Origin: an uncultured Acidobacteriota bacterium
GTDB lineage: Bacteria; Acidobacteriota; Thermoanaerobaculia; UBA5066; Gp7-AA6
Direction: 5' to 3'
DNA length: 64,000 nt
Assembly: GCA_963707935.1 (NCBI GenBank)
Contig: CAVPRN010000002.1
Span: 176,542-240,541 of the forward strand
Part shown: piece by piece, positions 41,494 through 51,866 of the stretch
How positions within the stretch are numbered: position 1 is the stretch's first letter
How the letters are laid out: the number at the start of each line of letters is the position of its first letter
Position numbers and translations under genes: made by a program
Notes under the pieces: generated by a model
The model's database searches: none
What the model was told of the DNA's origin: nothing
Seen by the model: only the letters and a program-made list of their open reading frames with translations

Positions 41494-41999
41494 TCGCCGC
41501 CGCCGGGCTCGCGCTCCTGCTCGGAGCCGCCGGCGCGCGGCCGACCGTCACGCCCGCCGCGGGCAAGGAGGCCGCCGTGTCCCGGACGAAGGACGAGGAA
41601 ACCATCCGCCGGACGTTCGCGGCCTTCACCGAGGCCGTGAGCCGCGAGGATTTCGAGGCCGTCCTCGACATGATCACCGACGACGCCGTGTTCTGGACCG
41701 CGAACTACCCCGCGATCACCGGCAAGGCTGCCCTCCGCGCCGCGTACGCCGGCCTCGCGGCGTACCGCGTCCGCCAGGAGTTCGAGATCGAGGAGCTGCA
41801 GGTCTGCGGCGACTGGGCCTTCGTGCGCGGCTACGAGAACTTCCGGCTGGACCCGAAAGACGGTGTGGGCGCGCCGATCGAGATCAAGCGGCGGCGCGCC
41901 CTCTCGATCCTGCGCCGGCAGGCCGACGGCTCGTGGAAGACCGCGCGCGGGATGACGAATTACGATGCGCCTCCGCCGCAGCCGCGACAAGACGAGTGA
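41490..41999 (+). CDS. SnoaL/NTF2-like (DUF4440-type) secreted protein
   Basis: ATGA overlap with the regulator. Signal peptide. ..FTEAVSREDFEAVLDMITDDAVFW.. and a C-terminal ..DGSWKTARGM.. pattern. Confidence 0.6.
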   Translation: MIAAAGLALLLGAAGARPTVTPAAGKEAAVSRTKDEETIRRTFAAFTEAVSREDFEAVLDMITDDAVFWTANYPAITGKAALRAAYAGLAAYRVRQEFEIEELQVCGDWAFVRGYENFRLDPKDGVGAPIEIKRRRALSILRRQADGSWKTARGMTNYDAPPPQPRQDE

Positions 42000-42015
42000 T
42001 GCCTCAGTGACTCAA

Positions 42016-42178
42016 CCGCTCGCAACGCGACCAGGTTTCGCGACCTAAGGAGCGAAACGACTCGCGTTGCGGGAGCCGGAGCGCAGCAAGGGAATCGGCG
42101 AGCGGTCGAGCCCCTTTGGGCGAGCCGCTCGCCGGTGCGCCCCGCAGGGCGCAGATTCCCGAGCAAGCGAAGGCGACG
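42016..42178 (+). repeat. structured intergenic repeat element, copy B (full length)
   Basis: Nested hairpins: cgctcgcaacgcgacc...ggtttcgcg-N-cgaaacg...tcgcgttgcgggagc, then gagcccctttgggcgagc and ggtgcgcc ccgcag ggcgcag palindromes. Confidence 0.8.
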
Positions 42179-42179
42179 G

Positions 42180-42428
42180 TCAGTAGAAGTCGGAACAGGA
42201 GAGGTAGTAGCCGCAGGCCGGCTCCGGGCAGAGGAGCTTGCACTTCCTCTCGAGGAGCGTCGCGCCGCAGTTGGGGCAGACCCGTTCGGGGCGGTGCTCG
42301 GACGGCGTCTCCTCCGGCGGCCGGCTCGGCGCGGTCTCCCGAGCGCGAAGATCGGACGCGGGCTCGCTCACGGCTTCGGAGTCGGCGTCGGTGTCGCCGG
42401 GGGCGGCTCCGTCTTCGCGAGGAGCCAT
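42180..42428 (-). CDS. small zinc-ribbon protein (hypothetical)
   Basis: CPNCG...[13 protein letters not shown] four-Cys ribbon. Might be the C-terminal part of the upstream lipoprotein if an indel is present. Confidence 0.35.
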   Translation of the reverse strand: MAPREDGAAPGDTDADSEAVSEPASDLRARETAPSRPPEETPSEHRPERVCPNCGATLLERKCKLLCPEPACGYYLSCSDFY

Positions 42429-42596
42429 CCGGCGGGGGTCCGCAAAGCGGCGATCGGCGTGTTGTCGGGAGTGGGAGGCGCCGGGGCCTGCGCCGCCGGG
42501 GCGTGCCCCTTCCCGGAATGGCCATTCTTGCCGCAGGCGAGGCCGCCGCCCAGTGCCAGGACGGCCAGGCTCAGAGCCGTCAGCCGAACCGATCGC
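42368..42596 (-). CDS. small lipoprotein (hypothetical)
   Basis: GGAGGGGGAGAG Shine-Dalgarno. Lipobox LGGGLAC. Pro/Thr-rich tail. Confidence 0.4.
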
Positions 42597-42855
42597 ATCT
42601 CTCCCCCTCCATGGAACGTTCGCCCGACAAAATTTGTCCGGAATGCCAACGAAACGCTGCCCGAACTTGACGCCGCTGCCGCCTTGCCCGGTCTCAAATC
42701 CTTGAGCCGCAACGATCGAGCGATCTCGACGAAGATGGTACGGCTCTTGATACTACACGACGTCAATTGAGAGTGCCGGCATGGGAGTTCCGGCAACGGG
42801 GGAAGCCGAAAGGCTTCCCCCGTTGTCTTTGTGGGCCGGTCTTCGGAAGCCCGCT

Positions 42856-44131
42856 TCACCTTCCCGCGGCCGCGGCCGCGACTCCGGCCGGCTCGTCGAT
42901 CCGATAGCGCTCGAGCGGGCCGAGCCGTTTCCTCTCTCCCGCCACCGTCAGGAGAAGCGAGTCGCCCCGGTCCTCCTCGGCGAGGATCCGAAATCCGGCG
43001 CGCGCGGCGGCGATGGCGCGGCCGTCGCCATACGGGATGCGGAGCCGCAGGCGTTCGCGCTCCGGCCGGATCCGCGAAGCGATCATCTGCTCGAGCTCCG
43101 CCACGCCGGCGCCCGTCTTCGCGGACACGCGCGCCGCGGAGGACGGCCCGAGCGCGCCCGGCAGGTCCCGCTTGTTCCAGACCGGCAGGATCCGCTCCTC
43201 CCCGACGGCGAGCTCGGCGAGGACCTCGGAGGAGACTTGCCGCTCCTCGTCGACCCGCGGCGGAGGAGGCGTCGAGCACGTGCAGGACGAGGTCCGCGTC
43301 GCGGATCTCGGCCAGCGTCGAGCGGAACGAGGCGACGAGGCCGGGCGGGAGCTTGCGCACGAAGCCGACCGTGTCGAGGAAGACGACGCCGCGGAGCTTG
43401 GGCGAAGCCGCCCGCGCCGCGCGCGAGTCGAGGGTCGCGAAGAGCCGGTCGGCGGCGTACTCCGACGCCCGCGTCAGCCGGTTGAAGAGCGTCGTCTTGC
43501 CGGCGTTCGTGTAGCCGGCGATCGCGACCTGGAAGAATTCTCTGCCGGCCGCGGCGGCGCACGTCGCGCGCCGTCTCGATCTTCGCGAGATCGCGGCGCA
43601 GCCGCGCGATCCGGTCGCGGATCCGGCGCCGGTCGAGCTCGAGCTTCTGCTCGCCCGCGCCGCCCCTCGCCCCGATTCCGCCGCGGAGTCCCGAGAGGCG
43701 ATCGTAGCGCCCGGCCAGGCGCGGCAGCAGGTACTGGAGCTGCGCGAGCTCGACCTGCGTTCGCGCCTCGCGCGTGCGGGCGTGCGAGGCGAAGACGTCG
43801 AGGATCAGGCCCGGGCGGTCGAGCACGCGCACGCCGTCCCAGGCGCGCTCGAGGTTGCGCGTCTGCGCGGGCGTCAGCTCCTCGTCGAAGACGACGAGCT
43901 TCGCGCCGTGCTCCTCGGCCGCGGCGCCGACCTCTTCGACCGATCCCTTCCCGATGAACGTGGCCGGATCCGGAGCCGCCCGCTCCTTGACGAAGCGCGC
44001 GACTTCGACGCCGCCCGCCGTGTCGAGCGAGCCGCTCGAGCTCGTCCAGGTGCTCCTCGGCCGCGGCGCGCGGCATCGACTCGGTTGGCGATCCCGACCA
44101 GGATCGCCTTTTCTCTCGGGGCCCGATTCAC
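42856..44131 (-). CDS. hflX: GTPase HflX, multiply frameshifted
   Basis: N-terminal HflX domain (..ERAILVGI.., ..LILDVFASHARTREARTQVELAQLQYLLPRL..). G-domain G1 IAGYTNAGKTTLFN, G3 DTVGFV, G4 NKRD, spread over three or more frames. Confidence 0.7.
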
Positions 44132-44159
44132 GACACCGCAATGATGGCAGAATTCGGGC

Positions 44160-45050
44160 GTGAATCGTTCGGAGCGCGAACGCCTCCTCGGGTCTCGGCT
44201 CGAGCTCCTCTACCGGACTTACGGGCCCGAAACGGCCGGGAGCGACCCGATCGGTCTTCTCTCGCGGTACCGCGCGCCGGAGGACATCGAGGTCGCCGGC
44301 TGGATCGCGTCGGCTTTCGCCTACGGGCGGGTCGAGACGATCCGGGCGAACGTGTCGGCGCCTCCTCGACGCGCTCGGCCCCTCGCCGGCGCGCGACGCT
44401 CGACCGAGTCGCGGACTTTCGCGCGCTTCGCGCGCGAGCGCCTCGCCGGCTTCCGGCACCGGTTCCACGGCGCGGAAGACGCCGCGGCGCTCCTCTTCGC
44501 GATCCGGAGGCGCGCGGCACGAGCGCCGGGTCGCTGCGCGCGCACTTCGAGTCGGAGTTCCGCCCCGAGGAAGGGGACGTCTCGGGCCTCCTCTCCCGCG
44601 TGTCGCAGGGGCTGCTGCGCCTCGACTACCGTCCCGCCCTCGGCCGGCGCCGCCTTCCGGACGAATCCCCGCGTTCGATTCTTCTTCCCCGACCCGGCGT
44701 CCGGCTCCGCCTGCAAGCGCTGGCACCTCTATCTGCGCTGGATGGTGCGTCGGGATCGGCTCGACTTCGGCCTCTGGACGGGGATCCCGACGGACCGGCT
44801 CCTGATCCCGACGGACACGCACATCCACCTCGTCTCGCGCCGGCTCGGCCTCACCCGGCGGCGGACCCCCGACGGGGCGGCGGCCCGGGAGATCACGGCG
44901 CGCCTCGCGCGATTCGACCCGCGCGACCCGGTCAAGTACGACTACGCCCTCTGCCGCATCGGCATCTTCGGAATCTGCAAACCGAAGTTGCGGCAGTCCC
45001 GCTGCCACGAGTGCCTGGCGGCGGAGGCCTGTCCGGCGGGAAGAGGGAGA
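44160..45050 (+). CDS. TIGR02757/DUF2400-like conserved hypothetical protein, multiply frameshifted
   Basis: Segments ..LLSRYRAPEDIEVAGWIASAFAYGRVE.., ..LRLDYRPALG.., ..DTHIHLVSRRLGL..DPVKYDYALCRIG.. in three frames. Family assignment tentative. Confidence 0.4.
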
Positions 45051-45203
45051 ATCGGGAGATCGGGGGATCGGGAGATCGGGCCATCGGCCTTAGCCGGCCT
45101 CGCAGCGCCGACGGCCAGAATGGATTACGCTCTCTCGATCATGATCCGTCAACGATGTCCCGATGATCCGATGATCCGATGATCCGATGACCCGATTCCG
45201 ATG
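45044..45203 (+). repeat. GATC-rich tandem repeats (GGGAGATCG x3-4; CCGATGAT x3-4) around a GGCC palindrome
   Basis: At least eight GATC sites in 160 bp directly upstream of the tlpA-like ATG at 45201. Confidence 0.8.
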
Positions 45204-45737
45204 AAGACCCGCACCTTCCTCCTCGTCGCCTTCGCCGCCGCGCTCGTCGCCGCGGCGACGGTCTTCGTGAAGTCGCTCGAGCCTCCGGCCTCCCCGTCGG
45301 GCTCGCTCGCGTTCCTCTCGGCCGCCCCGCACCTCCCGATCGCCGACCGCTCGGGGGCGAAAGTGGATCTCTCGAAGTTGAAGGGGAAGGTCGCGATCAT
45401 TCACTTCTGGGCGACCTGGTGCCCGCCCTGCGTCGAGGAGGTCCCCGCCCTCTCCCGATTCTGGGAGCGCTACCGCGGGCGCGACGACATCGCGCTCTAC
45501 GCGATCTCGGTGGACAAGGACTGGAAGACGATCGACGCGTTCAACACGAAGAACCCGAACACGCTGCCGCTCTACATCGATCCCGACGCGGCGACGGCCA
45601 AGCGCTTCGGAACGATCCAGTATCCGGAGACCTACATCGTCAATCGCAACGGGCGCGTTCTCGAGCGCGTGCCGGGCGCCGTGTCCTGGGACGATCCCGA
45701 GGTCCAGAAGCGGATCGAGCAGTTCCTCGCCTCGTAG
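45201..45737 (+). CDS. TlpA/ResA-like periplasmic thiol-disulfide oxidoreductase
   Basis: Signal anchor. WATWCPPC thioredoxin active site. Confidence 0.85.
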   Translation: MKTRTFLLVAFAAALVAAATVFVKSLEPPASPSGSLAFLSAAPHLPIADRSGAKVDLSKLKGKVAIIHFWATWCPPCVEEVPALSRFWERYRGRDDIALYAISVDKDWKTIDAFNTKNPNTLPLYIDPDAATAKRFGTIQYPETYIVNRNGRVLERVPGAVSWDDPEVQKRIEQFLAS

Positions 45738-45814
45738 CACGTCGCTCGCGCTTCGTGCTCGCGGGCCCAGAGACTTGCGAAGGGGATTTCAGTTTCCGTC
45801 GGACTGATCGTTAC

Positions 45815-45971
45815 GCTCGCAACGCGACCAAGGTTTGCGAGCTAACGAGCAAACCGACTCGCGTTGCGGGAGCCGGAGCGCAGCGAGGGTGTCAGGTCGG
45901 CCGTCGAGCCCCTTTGGGCGAGCGGACGGCCGGTGCGCGCAGCGCAGAACCCGAGCAAGCTACGGCGACGG
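45815..45971 (+). repeat. structured intergenic repeat element, copy C (full length)
   Basis: Collinear with copy B. The inner stem differs (ggtttgc/gcaaacc vs ggtttcgc/gcgaaac), a compensatory change that keeps the pairing. Confidence 0.8.
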
Positions 45972-46573
45972 AAACAGCATGTACGTCCCCACGTCGGCCC
46001 TCGCATAGCCGGGCTCGATCGTCCGCGGGAACGTCATCCCGAGGCGCCACGGCGCCATCCAGGACTCCCAGGTCGAAACCGCCCGGCCCCGGGTCATGCC
46101 GCCCGACCAATCGGGGGCAACGTCGGCCCCGAGCGAAGGATCCGTCTCCTCGACCAGCAGCACGAAACCGCCCGTCGCGATCCGCCGCAGCTCCTCGGCG
46201 ATCCTCCTCGCCGCATCGTCGGGCACGTGCTGGAGAACGGTGAAGCTCATCGCGAAATCGAATGCGCCGTCCTCCGCGGGGAGCTCCGCGAGGTCCGCGA
46301 TCCCGCTCCACTCGACTCCGGGCTGCAGGCGCCGCGCCTCCGCGAGGAGCGCGTCTTCGCGCTCGAACCCGACGACGCGGGCGGCGAACTCGGCGAGCAC
46401 GGGAGTGAGCCGGCCGTAGCCGCAGCCGACGTCCGCCGCGCGGCGGATCGGGCGCTCCCGGGCGGCCGTCTCGAGGCATCGGCGGACGTCCCTCTGCTCG
46501 AGGTAGTTGCGCAGGGCCGACGCCGCTCCCGAGATGTCCGAGACCTCGTCGAATCGCCAGGCGTGGCGGCTCA
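45960..46573 (-). CDS. class I SAM-dependent methyltransferase
   Basis: Motif I VGCGYGRL, post-I FDFAM. 204 aa. Confidence 0.8.
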
Positions 46574-46680
46574 TCGCTCTTCTCCCTCTCCCCCGCGGGA
46601 AGAGGGCCGGGGTGAGGGGGCTTCTTCTCCCTCTCCCCCGCGGGGAGAGGGCCGGGGGGAGGGGGGCTCCCTCATCAACC
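46574..46680 (+). repeat. two tandem ~48-bp units, each holding a perfect GC hairpin CCCTCTCCCCCGCGGGGAGAGGG
   Basis: cttctccctctcccccgcggg(a/g)agagggccgggg(t/g)gaggggg repeated twice, between the methyltransferase start and the cytochrome c stop. Confidence 0.85.
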
Positions 46681-46773
46681 ACAGAAACACGACGACGCCG
46701 GCCGCCGAGATGCCGAGGCTCACCCAGTAGAGGACGGCGGAGAGGTCGGCCGCCACGGCGAGCCCGTGCCGGG

Positions 46774-49700
46774 CTAGCGGCCCCGGCCGCCGCCGGCGGA
46801 GGAGGAGGCTGCGGCCCTCCCCTCCGAAGCGCGCGCGGCCTCGGGCGCCGGCGCGGCGGCCGCTCCGACCGGCGCCGTTCCGCCGTTGACGCCGATCGAC
46901 CAGACGTAGTCGCGCAACGCGCGGGTGATGAGGTCCGGGCTGCCGAGGAACGACTTCACCTGCTCGTCGCTCCCCAGGATCTGATCGAACTCCGCGCGAT
47001 CCCTGGCGAAGGCCGGAGCGTCGAGCATTCCCGCGAGCGGCGAGATCCGATGGCCGTCCTCCCCCATCGGGAAGTTGGTCGGCATCCGGGTGCCCGGCAT
47101 CCACTCGTCCGGGCGCCGGATCCAGTCGTTGATCCAGTCGTGACGGAGCCGCGTCGAGCCGCCATCTGGAGGTTCGGCGCGAGGGTCGCGCGGTCCACGC
47201 CGGGCGCGTTCATCTCCTGCTCGTTGCGCGGATGGCACTGCTTGCAGCGGAGGAGCTCGAAGACCTTGCGCCCGGCCGCCCAGCGCGTCGGGTCGGTGAC
47301 GTAGTCGGCGGTGTCGAAGGGGTAGCGCGCCCGGTCGAGCGCCGCGAAGTAGCGCGTCAGGTCGTTCAACTCCTCGGTCGAGAGGCCGAAGGTCGGCATG
47401 TGGACTTCGAGCCACGGCCGGATCTGCCCCGTCCTCGGCGCCTTCAGGAACGCGAAGAGCCAGTCGCTCTGCGTCTTGGCGCCTTCGCCCTGGATGATCG
47501 GCGGCGCGAGCGACGGGTCCGCGAGGAGCGAGCGGAAGGAGCCGCCGAAGCCTTCGATGACGTGGCACCCCTGGCAGTTGTGGTTCTTGATGATGCGCCG
47601 GCCCCGCTCGATCGCGGTCTCGTCGGCCGAGAGCTCCTTCTCCGCCGCGGCCGAAGCGTTCAGCTTCTGGAACCCGAGGACCGCCGTCGTCACGTAGTCG
47701 AGCTCGCGCGGCGAGAAGCGGAAGAGCGGCATCTTCAGCTTCTCCTCCCAGCCTCGGGCGCGGTCGCGGTCGAAGAGGCGCGTGTTCTCGAGCTTCGCGC
47801 GGAACCAGTCCTGGCGCGTGTGCGGGACGTGCACGAAGCCGAAGTCGAGCCGGTGGACGGCCTTGGAGCCCTCCTCCGTCAGCTCGGTGCCGATCGGCTT
47901 GGCGTTCTCGAACCCCGGGATCGCGTGGCAGGCGAAACAGCCGTAGTGCGCGATGAGCTTCTCGCCGGCGTAGACCTCCTTGGCGTGCAGGTCCATCTTC
48001 GCAAGCTCGGCTTTCGCGTCGAAGACGGTCTTCGTCGCCATCTGGAAGTAGAGGGCCATGCGCTCGAGGGTGGCCGGATCGGTCTTCGCGAGCGCCGTCC
48101 GCTCGAAGGCGGGAGGCGCCTTGAGGTTCGAGAGGTATTCGGCGATGTCGAGCGCCTCCTCTGGCGTCAAGCGCAGGTTCGGCATCTTGGTCTCGGGATT
48201 CCAGGCCTTCGGGTCGAGGATCCAGTGATAGATCCAGTCGCGCGAGGCCTTGGATCCGATGCCGGCGAGGTTCGGGCCGAACTGGCGGTAGGTCCCGATC
48301 AGGTCGCGCTCCGCGTCGGGGTCGGCCTGGTGGCAGCCGAAACAGCCGCGCGCGGCGAGGAGCTTCTGGCCGCGAGCCGGATCTCCCGCGCCCGCGACCG
48401 GGGCCACCGGCCCCGGCTTCGACCTCTCGTACAGGTAGGCCACGATCGAGTTGACCATGGCGTCGTTCTCGATCCGGCCTTCGGCGTTCATCCGCTCCTG
48501 GGCGGCGGTCGGCTTCTCCGGGCCCGAGACGTTGACGAAGTTCTCCAGATAGAAGAAGGACGGCATCCTGGTGTCGGCGCGGAACGCGGGCGGGTTCATC
48601 ACCCAGCGCGTCGCCCACTCCCGCGGGACTTTCGCGGCGATCTTCTCGAGCGAGGGCCCGACCCTCGGCAGCGCCTGGCGCTCGAGCCCCTCGATGCGAT
48701 GACAGCCCCAGCAGCCCAGCGACTCGACCATCCTCATGGCGCCGTCGAGCCTGGGCGCGTCGGGGAAGTTGGTCTCGCGGGCGTGGCACCGATAGCAGCC
48801 GGCTTCGGTGTACTGGAGCGGCAGCACCGGGCTATCGTTGAACTTGTCGAAGCGCCAGTCGTACTTCCTCTCCCAGATCGCCGCCTGTCGGACGCTCCCC
48901 GGAGAGTGGCCGGCCGACCAGAAAGAGCTCGCGCGGTCGCGCCCGCCGTGGCACGGCGTGCAGCCGAAGGACCCGTAGGGGTGGGGAGATTCGCTTCCGA
49001 CCATCAGGGCGAGATCCGGGTGCGTGCGGAAGACGGAATTCGAGGCATCCTCGAACCCCTTGCGGTCCGCCGCCATGTGGCAGGTCGCGCACCGGTCCAC
49101 GCGGGGGATGCGCATGAAGTTGACGTCGTTGTAGTGCTCGGGGAGCTGGACCTGCTGCACGCGCAGCGACGGGTTGATCATGTCGAGGATCGGCGAGTTG
49201 CGGAGCGTGAAGATGCGTGTCCTGCTTCAGGCTCCCGTACTTCTGCCGTGCGAGCTTGAAGTCCGCGGAGAGCTTCTCGATCGCGGCCCGGGCCTCGATC
49301 TCGCGCGCCTCGATCTTCTGGATCTCCGCCTTCGCGGCGGACTCCTCGCGCTGCAGGGTCGCCAGGCGGAGATTGGCCGCGTCGAGCTCCGCGCGGAGGC
49401 GGTCGAGGTCCCGCCGCGCCGAAGGGGCCGACTTCGGCTTGTTGGCCAGGGCGTCCTCGTACTTGTAGAGGGCCGCGTCGAAGGAGGCCTTCGTGAACTT
49501 GGCCTGCTGGTCGGCGAGGTAGATCTTCGGCGAGAGCTCCTGGAGCTTGCGGTTCTGCCGGGCGCGCTCCTTGGACTGCGCGTCGGCCTGGCGCCGCGCC
49601 TCGCCGAGCTCCCCGAGCAGTCGCCGGCGCTCCTCGCCGTAGGCCTTCTCCCGGGCCGCGAGCGCGGCCTCGCGGGTCTTCCGCGCGTCCAGGCGCAGGA

Positions 49701-49857
49701 AGACCCGCTGGATCGTCTTCCAGGGACGGGCGTAGTCCTCGATCACCATGCCGATGAAGATGACCGTCAGAACCGCGCCCGCCGCGAAGAAGACGCGGTT
49801 CAGCTTCGGGATGTCGTAGTGATGGTCGATCGGCTCGGCGGGGGGCTTTCTGGGCAT
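46774..49857 (-). CDS. large membrane-anchored multiheme cytochrome c of the bc-type complex, frameshifts ~49210 and ~47150
   Basis: N-terminal TM anchor and coiled coil (ORF 48832-49857). Then eight CxxCH motifs (CATCH, CTPCH, CYRCH, CWGCH, CFGCH, CFACH, CQGCH, CKQCH). C-terminus in ORF 46774-48789. Confidence 0.75.
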
Positions 49858-49953
49858 AGCTATCAGCTGTCAGCTATCAGCTCTCAGCTTTCAGCCGGAA
49901 CTGGATCTCGTCTCTCTGGCTGACGGCTGATCGCTGACAGCTGAAAGCTCTTC
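49858..49953 (+). repeat. palindromic array of AGCTNTC heptamers (5 tandem + inverted arm)
   Basis: agctatcagctgtcagctatcagctctcagctttcagc ... gctgacggctgatcgctgacagctgaaagct: about a 33-bp imperfect stem in the cytochrome b - cytochrome c intergenic spacer. Confidence 0.85.
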
Positions 49954-51032
49954 TCATATGTTGAACGAGAACTCCGGGATGTTCACGATGTACTTCAAAT
50001 TGAAGATCCAACGCAGATACATCTTGATCGGCAGCGCCATCATCGTCAGCACGAGCGTGACGCCGAGCATGTACCGGGCCATCCCCATCTTCTCGAAGAA
50101 GCCGCGCAGGAGCGTCTTCGAGAAGAGGAGCGGCAGCGCGACGATGTAGAAGCCGCAGATCGCGAGGCCGACGATCTCGCGCACGAGCCAGAAGTTCGGC
50201 ATCGGGCGCTTCAACATCCGGATCCAGATGACCTCCGACAGGTTGATGTTGTTGAGCGGCACCAGTTTGTTCACGTCCCAGAACTCGTAGGGTCCGAAGA
50301 AGTTCCAGTTGGGGCCCCGCAGGAACGTGCCGAGCACGATGAGCGTGCACCAGAGCACGATGAACCCGAGGAGAAAGAGCGTGATTTCCGTCTTGCGCTC
50401 GCGGAAGGTGAAGTAGCCGTTCCCCCTGGGATTGGTGTCCATGTAGGGGATCGCCATGAGCCCGACGATGATGAGCGACGGCAGCACGACGCCGGCGAGC
50501 CACGGGTCGAAGTAGACGAGCATCTCCTGGAGCCCCAGGAAGTACCAGGGGGCCTTCGCCGGATTCGGCGAGTCGGTCGGATTGGCGGGCTCCTCGAGCG
50601 GCGCCTTCAGGAAGATCGACCAGATGATCATCACCGCCGTGACGAGCGTCAGGCAGATCAGCTCGACGTACACGAGGTCGGGCCAGGAGAAGACCTTCTG
50701 GGCGGAGTCCTCCCCCTCGATCGTCGGCAGTCCCGCGGCGAGACGCCGGTCGTTCTCGTACGCCTGATTGAGCGCGAACCAGAAGAAGAACCCGACGAGG
50801 AAGATCATCCCGACGATAGGGACGTTGTCCGGCAGCGTCGCGACCTTGTTGAAGTTGGGGTCGATGTACGAGAGGCCGATGCCGCCCGCGACGAGGGCGA
50901 GGAGCGCGAGCCCCCCTTCTTCGTCCAGAGCGGACGCCACCGGATGCCGACGAGCAGCAGCACCAGCATCAGCGTGACGAGGTACTGCGGCGCCGAAATG
51001 AAGTTGATGAAGGACTTGAGGAGGTTGATCAC
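49954..51032 (-). CDS. cytochrome b C-terminal / b6f subunit-IV-like protein (split cytochrome b), frameshift near N-terminus
   Basis: PWYFLGLQEML (PEWY-box region). Multi-TM. N-terminal TM in ORF 50805-51032. Confidence 0.8.
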
Positions 51033-51042
51033 GGCAGCGTCG

Positions 51043-51831
51043 CTAGACCGGACCGGAAATTCCGCCGTCTTTCCGGACGCGCCAGAAGTGCACGGCCATC
51101 AGAAACGCCGCCACGAGCGGGATCCCGACGCAGTGGAGGACGTAGAAGCGCAGGAGGGCCCCGGCGCCGACGAAGCGGCCGCCGAGCAGTCCGAAGCGCG
51201 CGTCGTTGGTCGAAGTCACGAGCGGGATATCGCCGATCTTCAGGAGACCCGTGCCCGGGCCTTGCAGCCCGATGAGCGGGGTCGCCGAGGCCATGTTGGA
51301 GCCGACCGTGATGGCCCAGATCGCGAGCTGGTCCCAGGGCAGGAGATACCCCGTGAACGAGAGGAGGAGCGTCAACACGAGCAGGATCACGCCGATGACC
51401 CAGTTGAACTCGCGCGGCGGCTTGTAGGAGCCGGTCATGAAGACCCGGAACATGTGGATCCAGACCGAGATCACCATCGCGTGCGCGCCCCAGCGGTGCA
51501 CTTCGCGCATGATCCCGAAGGGCACCTGCTCGCGCAGGTCGAGGATGTCCACGAAGGCGTACTCGACCGTCGGGCGGTAATAGAACATCAAGAGGAGGCC
51601 GGTGAACGTCAGGACCAGGAAGAGGAAGAAGGTGATCCCGCCGGCGCACCAGGTGTAGCGCATCTTGACGCCGGACTTCCGCGTCTTGACGGGGTGCAGG
51701 TGCAGCACGACGTTGCCGAGCATCGCGAGCACGCGCTTGCGGTTCGAGTCGGGGATGCCGACGCGGAAGATGGATTTCCAGAGCTGGCTCGTGACGATCG
51801 AGTGCTGTATCTGGCGCCAGCGAGATTCCAA
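51043..51831 (-). CDS. cytochrome b6-like (N-terminal heme-binding half of cytochrome b)
   Basis: Paired His helices (..[20 protein letters not shown].., ..[17 protein letters not shown]..). TTG start after GGAGG. Confidence 0.85.
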   Translation of the reverse strand: MESRWRQIQHSIVTSQLWKSIFRVGIPDSNRKRVLAMLGNVVLHLHPVKTRKSGVKMRYTWCAGGITFFLFLVLTFTGLLLMFYYRPTVEYAFVDILDLREQVPFGIMREVHRWGAHAMVISVWIHMFRVFMTGSYKPPREFNWVIGVILLVLTLLLSFTGYLLPWDQLAIWAITVGSNMASATPLIGLQGPGTGLLKIGDIPLVTSTNDARFGLLGGRFVGAGALLRFYVLHCVGIPLVAAFLMAVHFWRVRKDGGISGPV

Positions 51832-51866
51832 TCGGGCCTCCGGTCAGATTCGGGAGATCGCGGGGA

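Noticed and set aside
42180-42596. Fusion of the small lipoprotein and the zinc-ribbon ORF into one gene
   Set aside because: Possible given the indel rate, but an exported lipoprotein with a cytoplasmic-type Cys4 ribbon is implausible. Kept as two low-confidence ORFs.
46574-46680. CRISPR array
   Set aside because: Only two repeat units with no unique spacers. It is a tandem duplication of one hairpin unit. No cas genes in the window.
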